From an uncultured virus (IMG/VR IMGVR_UViG_3300042397_001048) (taxonomy: Duplodnaviria > Heunggongvirae > Uroviricota > Caudoviricetes > Crassvirales), in the IMG/VR virus record IMGVR_UViG_3300042397_001048: a stretch of DNA of 20,000 nucleotides; one strand, given 5' to 3'. The notes beneath the pieces were generated by a model. It did no database searches and was not told the DNA's origin. It saw only the letters and a program-made list of their open reading frames with translations. Below, piece by piece: positions 1 to 6,411 of the stretch. Position numbers and translations under genes: made by a program. Position 1 is the first letter of the stretch. Each line of letters begins with the position of its first letter.

Positions 1-150
1 CCAGTCATAGAAAAACTTCTTAGGCAACTGCTTAAAACTCCCGTTGCAAGAATCAACAAAGTTTCGATACATATGATACGCACGAATCTTTGAACCCAAA
101 GGAAGATAGGCATCCTCCTTCCAATCATTAAACTTCTTTGGAACTACCAT
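1..150 (-). CDS. 5' part of an ORF not in the ORF track (runs off the left edge); resembles the C-terminal, putative winged-helix domain of the primase-helicase
   Basis: Manual translation from the ATG at 150: MVVPKKFNDWKEDAYLPLGSKIRAYHMYRNFVDSCNGSFKQLPKKFFYDW, with no stop up to base 1. It is preceded by a TACATTTG -7 box. It aligns with the primase segment encoded at 12575-12715. Confidence 0.8.
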   Translation of the reverse strand, partial: MVVPKKFNDWKEDAYLPLGSKIRAYHMYRNFVDSCNGSFKQLPKKFFYDW

Positions 151-174
151 AACATCTGTTTTTTTAAATTCAAA

Positions 175-182
175 CAAATGTA
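175..182 (-). promoter_or_regulatory. Bacteroidota sigma-A -7 element (TACATTTG) for the leftward ORF
   Basis: CAAATGTA on + reads TACATTTG on -, matching the TAnnTTTG consensus, 24 nt upstream of the ATG at 150. Confidence 0.6.
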
Positions 183-189
183 TGCATTT

Positions 190-510
190 TTGTGTACAAG
201 TGTAAGAAATATCTACAGTTTTCAAATATGGTTTCCATAGGTTGCATGGATAACTAACTGATAATCAGTATCATTTTTTGTAACATAATGTATAAGTGTT
301 CAAGTGTACACTTTATACCTCACTTACTTCTATATATAAATTAATTCCTCTATATATTTTATTTTTTTTTAATTTTCCCTTTTATTTTATTCATTTGTAC
401 ACTTTATAAATAAATAATATATAAATAACTATATATCAATAAGTTATCCATGCAGAGTAAGGAAAGTAAGTTTACATACTTCAGCATTTGTACACACTTT
501 TGTACACTAA
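190..510. repeat. AT-rich ori-like element, copy A (TGTACA repeats, IHF-like site, TTATCCATG boxes)
   Basis: TGTACA at 193, 305, 396, 489 and 501. A 19/21 inverted repeat links 243-263 and 434-454. Collinear blocks are shared with 10220-10420. Confidence 0.75.
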
Positions 511-516
511 AGTAGA

Positions 517-645
517 TTATCTACCCTGACCACGATACTTTTTAGGCTTGCGCTCCTTAGGACCGTAGCTCTTTTTGTACTTGCCAGTACCACGCTTACC
601 AAATGAAATCTTTCTTGAAGACCCTGATGTGTTAGACTTTGCCAT
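517..645 (-). CDS. small, highly basic phage protein ending in KKYRGQGR (42 aa)
   Basis: MAKSNTSGSSRKISFGKRGTGKYKKSYGPKERKPKKYRGQGR. I moved the start to 645 because a TACCTTTG -7 box lies at 657-664. The C-terminal YRGQG[RK] motif is one I recall from aquatic phage hypothetical proteins. Confidence 0.75.
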   Translation of the reverse strand: MAKSNTSGSSRKISFGKRGTGKYKKSYGPKERKPKKYRGQGR

Positions 646-656
646 TGTTTTTTTTG

Positions 657-664
657 CAAAGGTA
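657..664 (-). promoter_or_regulatory. Bacteroidota -7 promoter element (TACCTTTG) for leftward transcription
   Basis: CAAAGGTA on + strand, 11 nt upstream of the ATG at 645. Confidence 0.65.
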
Positions 665-964
665 AAAATTTTGTTAGAAAAATAGGGGTGTTGGGTATCC
701 ACCACATTTTACGCCAAGCGGCCCGATCCGGAAACGGGTTGAATCGACCTAGGGGGGGTCGGATTTCAAACTTTTTCTGTAGGATTTTTGGCTTTTTCTT
801 ACTTAGCCATCTCGCTAATTAGTTAGTTAGATAATTATCTAATTGACTACAGACCGCACGGCACAATTAGACGTTTGCCTAATTATCTATTTAATTGGCC
901 TGCTAAATTGCTACTATTACCCGACCCAATTCGAACAATACAATTAGCAATGTAGCTAATTACC

Positions 965-1049
965 AATCGGTATTATATTGCCGGATCCGGTCGTGTGTGC
1001 CGAAATAAATCACAAACAAAATCGGTAATATATTGCAGGATCCGGTCGT
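965..1049 (+). repeat. 30-bp direct repeat, two copies (28/30), with a GGATCC-centred palindromic core
   Basis: 965-994 AATCGGTATTATATTGCCGGATCCGGTCGT versus 1020-1049 AATCGGTAATATATTGCAGGATCCGGTCGT, separated by 25 nt. Confidence 0.9.
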
Positions 1050-1338
1050 TTCGATTCTCTTTTTTGCCCAAAAATAAACCTATATTTTGCCCAAAATTGC
1101 GGGGCAATTGCCCGTACTTATCGGGTTGCCATAGTCCCAATTTCCGTACGTTTTTAAGTTTTACAAATTTATTTTGCATTACTCACACAAAGTTTTCAAC
1201 GGTTTTTTGTTGTATTATTCCAACAATTTTCAAACCAAAATAGCCCTGGCGTGCTTGAATCGCATTTTTTTATAGGACAAAACCTGGATCCGCCAGGCTA
1301 TGTGCTTATTTTTTTTCTACATTTATTTAACAAATTAT

Positions 1339-1369
1339 TTTGCAGTTATAAAAATCTTTTTTAGTATTG
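1339..1369 (+). promoter_or_regulatory. probable early promoter (-33 TTTG and near-consensus -7 TAGTATTG)
   Basis: TTTG at 1339-1342 and TAGTATTG at 1362-1369 (19-nt spacer), upstream of the ATG at 1393. Confidence 0.5.
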
Positions 1370-1392
1370 CATATCAATTTAAAAGCGCAAAT

Positions 1393-1575
1393 ATGAAAAC
1401 GACCTACATTTTTAACGTATACACGTATACAAATGAATTTGACTATATAGTCAAAACAAAAAAAACAATTAGCATAAAACGGGCTTCAGGCCGTACGGCT
1501 ACGGAATACCTACGTAAAAAATACCCTGACTTTTTGGGCTACTTTATCGAATTAAATAGTATTAAAAATTCATAA
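1393..1575 (+). CDS. hypothetical early protein (60 aa)
   Basis: ORF track 1300..1575. The likely start is MKTTYIF at 1393, after the promoter and an A-rich leader. Confidence 0.6.
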   Translation: MKTTYIFNVYTYTNEFDYIVKTKKTISIKRASGRTATEYLRKKYPDFLGYFIELNSIKNS

Positions 1576-1603
1576 TTCTCACACTCACAAAAAACCTTAC
1601 AAA

Positions 1604-2275
1604 ATGAAAAATCTTACATTCAAATTAAATGGCGTTATCGTTAATTTTCAATTGAAAACTACCAATTCGAAAACGGGCGCATTGATTCAAAACTATATTA
1701 TTCCTACTGAATGGATTAATACAGATGCAAAAATTTCTACTTTATCGGACAAAGCGGTTTGTTTTGACTGCAAGCATTCGAAGGATAAAGAAAAAACCTG
1801 TTACGTACGTAAAGGTCAAAGCGAAATGGGACTATCCTCAAAAGTACGTAGTTTACGTAAAATTGGCCTTGACAATATCCCTGAATTTAGCCCTGAAATT
1901 GAGGCCGATTTGCTTAATGCAATTGAGGGTAAAGGTATTCGATTTGGTTCGTATGGTGAGCCGATTTTGCTAGGTGAAATATTGGTAGGCAAAATTGCAA
2001 AGCGCGCTAAATTTTGGACGGGCTATACCCACCAATGGCATAAAAATAATTGGGCTAAAAATTTCTTTATGGCCTCTGTAGAAAGTCAAACTATTTCTAG
2101 CCTAGCGCAAAAATCAGGCTTCCGTACTTTCTTTGTAGGTCAGGCAAATGACCCTAAAAATTACGTGACCTGTCCCGCTAGTAAAGAGGCGGGCAATAGA
2201 ACTACATGCGATAATTGTAAGCTATGCATGGGCACACAATCCAATGCAAAATCTGTGACAATATTGCCACACTAA
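1604..2275 (+). CDS. Cys-rich conserved phage protein, possibly Fe-S or radical-SAM-like (GP88/DUF7227-like, tentative)
   Basis: Motifs CFDCKH..CYV, IRFGSYGEP, WTGYTHQW, FMASVE, GFRTF and CPASKEAGNRTTCDNCKLC. Confidence 0.6.
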   Translation: MKNLTFKLNGVIVNFQLKTTNSKTGALIQNYIIPTEWINTDAKISTLSDKAVCFDCKHSKDKEKTCYVRKGQSEMGLSSKVRSLRKIGLDNIPEFSPEIEADLLNAIEGKGIRFGSYGEPILLGEILVGKIAKRAKFWTGYTHQWHKNNWAKNFFMASVESQTISSLAQKSGFRTFFVGQANDPKNYVTCPASKEAGNRTTCDNCKLCMGTQSNAKSVTILPH

Positions 2276-2337
2276 AATAAATTTCACACTCACAAAAAGC
2301 CCGCGAGCCGAGGCAAAAATATCGGCTCAAATTTAAA

Positions 2338-2829
2338 ATGGAAAATTTACTAAAAGGTATCGCAAATTTCGAAGGTGATTCAACTACAAATATGCTTGCA
2401 TATTGTGACCCACGCGACACGTGGAATGGATGGGCACGGCCGTACATTCACCACAAATACGTTTATTATTTAATTCAAATGATAAGCGGAGGCGATAGTA
2501 CCTACACGAGACAGGATGGCAATATATTGGTAGTTTATGGGGATGACTATAGCGTTTTGATTAAGCCCATATTGATAGATGGTGAGGAATACTATTATTT
2601 TGGCAATGAGGGCATTTGCTTTGATTTTGAGCCGACAAAAAATGACGGCAAAGCAAGGGCTTTAATTACAGATATTGAGGGGCTTGTATACGATGAGGAC
2701 GTGGAGGAATTGAGCTACGGCGAAGTCGTGGAAGTTTTGACCATAAACAAGGAGAACGAATTTGTGTGGGTGTTAAGTGGTAGCGGTGTGGAGCATGGAA
2801 TTGATATCGAGAGAATAATTTTAATTTAA
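2338..2829 (+). CDS. hypothetical protein (WNGWxxP motif, acidic C-terminus)
   Basis: 163-aa ORF in the co-oriented early cluster. Confidence 0.75.
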   Translation: MENLLKGIANFEGDSTTNMLAYCDPRDTWNGWARPYIHHKYVYYLIQMISGGDSTYTRQDGNILVVYGDDYSVLIKPILIDGEEYYYFGNEGICFDFEPTKNDGKARALITDIEGLVYDEDVEELSYGEVVEVLTINKENEFVWVLSGSGVEHGIDIERIILI

Positions 2830-2849
2830 TAACCTTAACTAGAAAGCAA

Positions 2850-3230
2850 ATGAAAAAGTACATTGATTATTTAAGTGTTGATTTCGGAGTAAATCAAATA
2901 GGTGATTTTAAAATCCAAAGAGACAGCCAAACAGAGGCTATATATTGGACGAATGGGTCTATTAATATTTGGGCTTCGCCCGGGTTTGAGGGCGACGAGG
3001 AAATAGTGGATTTACAGCTCGAATATTACGACGAGAACGGGGATGTTCACACGTCGGACGGGGAAATGTTTTACCTAAAAAATGAGGGCGATTTGTTGGC
3101 GCAAAAGGTTAGGTATTTATCAATCATAGAGGCAATAATTAAAGAGGTTGATTGCATGCAATTTTATACTCATTATTATGAGGAAATGAATAGCGTTTTG
3201 GATAACAATTTTTGGAAAAAATTTAATTAA
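2850..3230 (+). CDS. hypothetical acidic protein
   Basis: 126-aa ORF with an A-rich leader. Confidence 0.75.
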   Translation: MKKYIDYLSVDFGVNQIGDFKIQRDSQTEAIYWTNGSINIWASPGFEGDEEIVDLQLEYYDENGDVHTSDGEMFYLKNEGDLLAQKVRYLSIIEAIIKEVDCMQFYTHYYEEMNSVLDNNFWKKFN

Positions 3231-3237
3231 TAAAAAC

Positions 3238-3486
3238 ATGTATACAATTAATAACCTAGCGAAAACCCTACGCAATAACGGGATAAATGTAGTGGCTGTG
3301 CATGAGTCGACTGACTGGCAAGTAGAGGACAATGAGATACAGCTGGATAATCAAATTTACCTACAGGTGGACGATGAATCCATTGGGGTATATCGAGCAA
3401 ATAGCGATTACAGGATGACCTGTTTAGGCTATTACGAGGAGGTGACATATAGCTTAATTCACAAACTTATCACACTCACGACATGA
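3238..3486 (+). CDS. hypothetical protein
   Basis: 82-aa ORF, tightly packed with its neighbours. Confidence 0.7.
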   Translation: MYTINNLAKTLRNNGINVVAVHESTDWQVEDNEIQLDNQIYLQVDDESIGVYRANSDYRMTCLGYYEEVTYSLIHKLITLTT

Positions 3487-3638
3487 AAAAGCTAATCGCA
3501 TGCATAATTGCCATCGTTTTAATGATGGCTGAAGCACCGGATCCGGGCGGGATCCTCACTTGGATAGGTGGAGGAATAATTTTTATAAGTGTTTTGGATT
3601 TTTTTAAAAAAGTATATAATGAGCAAGAAAATAATTAA
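3483..3638 (+). CDS. small membrane protein (51 aa, not in ORF track)
   Basis: MKKLIACIIAIVLMMAEAPDPGGILTWIGGGIIFISVLDFFKKVYNEQENN. It has an ATGA overlap with the upstream gene and two hydrophobic stretches. Confidence 0.65.
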   Translation: MKKLIACIIAIVLMMAEAPDPGGILTWIGGGIIFISVLDFFKKVYNEQENN

Positions 3639-3828
3639 TTCGGGAGAGTACACGTTGCACGTGGTGAATTCAATGGGTGGCGTGATTATTGTAAAAGTAT
3701 TTGAGAGGGTAAGCAAGGAGCTTGTCGAGTGCTCAATTTTTACAGAGGTCGATGAGACTTTGGAAGATTACGTGACAAAGTTCACAAATAAAACTCAATC
3801 AATTTTAAACTTTTTAAACGCAAATTAA
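3619..3828 (+). CDS. hypothetical protein
   Basis: ORF track 3589..3828. The likely start is MSKKIINSG at 3619. Confidence 0.65.
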   Translation: MSKKIINSGEYTLHVVNSMGGVIIVKVFERVSKELVECSIFTEVDETLEDYVTKFTNKTQSILNFLNAN

Positions 3829-3829
3829 T

Positions 3830-4027
3830 ATGAGAAATTTAAAATTAGATTATGTCATTTACGATTTTGCAAATGATAATACAATCAAATTCTCAAATGG
3901 AGAAATTGTATTGTATGCTGATAAGCAGGAGGCTTTAAATGACTGCCACGGAAATGAGATTGTAATTCCGTGTACTGATTTACCTACACATTGGCAGATG
4001 GAAATTTTAAACTTTTTAAATCAATAA
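3830..4027 (+). CDS. hypothetical protein
   Basis: 65-aa ORF starting 1 nt after the previous stop. Confidence 0.7.
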   Translation: MRNLKLDYVIYDFANDNTIKFSNGEIVLYADKQEALNDCHGNEIVIPCTDLPTHWQMEILNFLNQ

Positions 4028-4031
4028 AGAC

Positions 4032-4271
4032 ATGGCAAACAATTTAGTACTTGACCGAAAATTATTTTTAGACTGGTATTTTAATGGAATCAGTTTTAAT
4101 GATAATGTGTATGTGGCTTTGCTTAATGATGGCAAATTTGAATTGAACATCGAGGAATTACTTTATAGCGTTGTGGCCATGCCTGAATGGGTATTAGTTA
4201 GTGGGCAACATTATGAGCTTGATGCTAATGGCGATGTTGATATAGATAATGTTTCACTTAAATTTAATTAA
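4032..4271 (+). CDS. hypothetical protein
   Basis: 79-aa ORF, tightly packed. Confidence 0.7.
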   Translation: MANNLVLDRKLFLDWYFNGISFNDNVYVALLNDGKFELNIEELLYSVVAMPEWVLVSGQHYELDANGDVDIDNVSLKFN

Positions 4272-4272
4272 A

Positions 4273-4548
4273 ATGGGACTTACAAGACAAGAAGACATTT
4301 GGGCGTGCTATAACTGTAGCGATTTGCAAGGTCGACATGACCTATGGTTCACGGGTGATTTATGTGAAAGGTGTAATCATAAGAGGGTATCCTTATCTGA
4401 TTTGAAAGAAAAAATTGAGGCCATGTATTTGGATTGGCTGAATAATTTTCTGAGTGCTGAGGCACTAGCTGACTATTACGAGATAGATTTAATTAAGGCT
4501 TTGCGAGTTATATCAATTGGCCGTCACATAAACCAACGTAGGGCATGA
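4273..4548 (+). CDS. hypothetical protein with an N-terminal CxxC...CxxC Zn ribbon
   Basis: CYNC...CERC followed by YLDWLNNFLS. The likely start is 4273, just after the previous stop. Confidence 0.7.
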   Translation: MGLTRQEDIWACYNCSDLQGRHDLWFTGDLCERCNHKRVSLSDLKEKIEAMYLDWLNNFLSAEALADYYEIDLIKALRVISIGRHINQRRA

Positions 4549-5159
4549 AAGTATTAGAACTGTTTGCCGGATCCAGGTCGATCGGCAAGATGGCCGACCG
4601 CATGGGATGGGAATGTTATAGCTCTGACATCAATGATTTTGAGGGCATAGATTACGTGGTGAATGTATTGGAGTTTGATGTGAGCAAAGTACCATTTAAG
4701 CCCGACATCATTTGGGCATCGCCACCATGTACATCGTTTAGTGTGGCATCATTGGGTCACCATTGGACTGGTGGTGTGGGTGCATACATTCCAAAGACTG
4801 ACAGTGCAAGATTAGGTATTGCATTAGCTAAAAAAACTTTGGAAATAATTAATCATTTTGACCCAACTTTTTGGTATATTGAGAACCCAAGGGGTATGCT
4901 ACGCAAGATGCCATTTATGCCAAATCATTTACGCAAAGGGGTCACCTATTGCCAGTATGGCGATGACCGCATGAAGCCCACGGACATATGGACTAACAAT
5001 GGATTCTGGACACCGAGACCCATGTGTAAGAACGGTGAAGCTTGTCATGTGTCAGCCCCTCGTGGCTCACAGACAGGCACGCAAGGATTATCTAATCCTT
5101 ATGAGCGAAGTAAACTACCATCATTATTGTGTTACGAAATTTTAAAATCATGTTCATAG
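4545..5159 (+). CDS. short orphan C5-cytosine DNA methyltransferase
   Basis: Motif I VLELFAGS, motif IV WASPPC, motif VI YIENP. It is 204 aa, with no adjacent restriction enzyme. Confidence 0.9.
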   Translation: MKVLELFAGSRSIGKMADRMGWECYSSDINDFEGIDYVVNVLEFDVSKVPFKPDIIWASPPCTSFSVASLGHHWTGGVGAYIPKTDSARLGIALAKKTLEIINHFDPTFWYIENPRGMLRKMPFMPNHLRKGVTYCQYGDDRMKPTDIWTNNGFWTPRPMCKNGEACHVSAPRGSQTGTQGLSNPYERSKLPSLLCYEILKSCS

Positions 5160-5359
5160 ACGACAAACCCGCAAGCTTTAACATAGCTTACGCATCCAAA
5201 GAATGGATGGAGAATTTAGATTTTCAATTAGCATTATCAAGACAAAAATTAGATGAGACAAAACTTAAATCATTTTCGAGAATTAATCCTTATGGGCAAA
5301 AAGAAAGGAAGGCTTATACTGCCATTGAGCAATTGGAGTCAGTTGCAAGTGAGCTTTGA
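5150..5359 (+). CDS. hypothetical protein
   Basis: ORF track 5129..5359. The likely ATG is 5150, overlapping the MTase end. Confidence 0.6.
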   Translation: MFIDDKPASFNIAYASKEWMENLDFQLALSRQKLDETKLKSFSRINPYGQKERKAYTAIEQLESVASEL

Positions 5360-5498
5360 TAAAGACCCTATTACGGGCAGGTACATCCTGCAGGCATTTG
5401 AGAATGCGACATGGCTATTCACATTGCATGAGTATAGCTTAGATAGAGTGGCACAAGAGTTTGACAATTTAATAAACGAATACGTATGTTGGGATTAG
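5292..5498 (+). CDS. hypothetical protein (start uncertain)
   Basis: ORF track 5253..5498. It fills the gap before the gene at 5486. Confidence 0.5.
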   Translation: MGKKKGRLILPLSNWSQLQVSFDKDPITGRYILQAFENATWLFTLHEYSLDRVAQEFDNLINEYVCWD

Positions 5499-5638
5499 TA
5501 GTTATTCAGTATGTGTTGGCATTGGCAGTAGTAATCTGTGCGGTGCTAGGCTATAGTTGGCAGGCCATAATGTTGTCAATGTGTATTTATTCAGTGTATA
5601 TATTAATTAAAAATGGACGATCAAAAAACGATTTATAA
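5486..5638 (+). CDS. small membrane protein (50 aa)
   Basis: Manual translation MLGLVVIQYVLALAVVICAVLGYSWQAIMLSMCIYSVYILIKNGRSKNDL. Confidence 0.6.
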   Translation: MLGLVVIQYVLALAVVICAVLGYSWQAIMLSMCIYSVYILIKNGRSKNDL

Positions 5639-5708
5639 GGCCATAGTTATATGGATTATTTGTAGTGCAGTAATTTTTTATTTAGCACATTTTATTTATA
5701 AAGTGTAA
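5613..5708 (+). CDS. membrane micro-protein (31 aa)
   Basis: MDDQKTIYKAIVIWIICSAVIFYLAHFIYKV, with TAATG coupling to the next ORF. Confidence 0.55.
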   Translation: MDDQKTIYKAIVIWIICSAVIFYLAHFIYKV

Positions 5709-5788
5709 TGGACAAGAGACAAGCAGGGGTATTCACCCTATTCACATGGGCATTATTTGTTTTACTAGTAATAATTTTTTGCAGATGA
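5708..5788 (+). CDS. membrane micro-protein (26 aa)
   Basis: MDKRQAGVFTLFTWALFVLLVIIFCR, with a TAATG overlap upstream and an ATGA overlap downstream. Confidence 0.55.
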   Translation: MDKRQAGVFTLFTWALFVLLVIIFCR

Positions 5789-6147
5789 TAACAGATGTAG
5801 ATTTAATTGACGAGATAGCTAAGAAGATTATCTATCGTCACCGTATCAAGAAGTTAGATATGTTCAGAAACACTAAGGTGTTTCCGGTAGTAAACGCACG
5901 CCACCATTTTTATTACCTGTGCAAGGGTGCAGGTATCAAGGTGTGCGAGATTCAAAGGTATTGCGAGAGGTATGGGTATCCCATTGACCACGCATCGGTT
6001 TTGTATGGTATTAAAAAATTTAAATCAAATGAAAACAATATCGCTAATTATAATAGGCTTGGTGGGATTATTGATCGTGAGTGGCTTGAGGACCGCTCCG
6101 ACAAAAAGCGAACCAAGAATCGTGATTGTGAACCACAATTGGAGTGA
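5785..6147 (+). CDS. stand-alone DnaA domain IV-like (Bac_DnaA_C) helix-turn-helix protein
   Basis: VVNARHHFYYLCK...EI...IDHASVLYGIKK follows the DnaA-C pattern (ARQIAMYL...EIG...RDHTTVLHA.RK). The start at 5785 is inferred from ATGA coupling. Confidence 0.75.
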   Translation: MITDVDLIDEIAKKIIYRHRIKKLDMFRNTKVFPVVNARHHFYYLCKGAGIKVCEIQRYCERYGYPIDHASVLYGIKKFKSNENNIANYNRLGGIIDREWLEDRSDKKRTKNRDCEPQLE

Positions 6148-6247
6148 TAAATTTGACAGCTCTTACGTTGACCGATTAGGTACACGCATTTATTGCATGA
6201 AAAAAATTACTTACATTAAAGAACTAAAGAAATGGGGGTTGTATTAG
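6029..6247 (+). CDS. small protein with an N-terminal signal or TM segment (72 aa)
   Basis: MKTISLIIIGLVGLLIVSGLRT..., lying within ORF track 5927..6247. It overlaps the tail of the DnaA-like gene. Confidence 0.55.
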   Translation: MKTISLIIIGLVGLLIVSGLRTAPTKSEPRIVIVNHNWSDKFDSSYVDRLGTRIYCMKKITYIKELKKWGLY

Positions 6248-6411
6248 AAGTAGCCATTGGCTCAATTTTCTTGATGTCATTGATGGTATATGTTGAGAGA
6301 AAAAATACGGATAAGGTTTTTTTAAATATTATACAAGGGGCATTGACAATAGGTTTTGTTTTGTTTGCTTATATTATAGGTCATTTCATTTTAAACTTAT
6401 TCCTGTCATGA
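6232..6411 (+). CDS. small two-TM membrane protein (59 aa)
   Basis: MGVVLEVAIGSIFLMSLMVYVERKNTDKVFLNIIQGALTIGFVLFAYIIGHFILNLFLS. Confidence 0.6.
   Translation: MGVVLEVAIGSIFLMSLMVYVERKNTDKVFLNIIQGALTIGFVLFAYIIGHFILNLFLS

Noticed and set aside
507..707. 66-aa minus-strand ORF, and the 62-aa long form of the YRGQGR ORF
   Set aside because: The first is an alternative-frame shadow. The second spans a TAnnTTTG promoter, so the ATG at 645 is preferred.
965..1049. Bona fide CRISPR array
   Set aside because: There are only two repeats, a 25-nt spacer, no cas genes and no typical repeat terminus. It is kept as a plain repeat.
973..1243. ORFs 973..1179 (-) and 995..1243 (+)
   Set aside because: They overlap DNA repeats and palindromes, lack a typical leader, and have atypical composition, so they are probably non-coding.
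1140..1860. Apparent excess of TACGTA and CGTACG hexamers in the first early genes
   Set aside because: It is partly explained by Val-Arg and Tyr-Val codons (GTA CGT), and I cannot establish significance by eye.
4545..5159. Complete restriction-modification system
   Set aside because: No cognate endonuclease is recognisable nearby, and short orphan C5 methyltransferases are common in phages.
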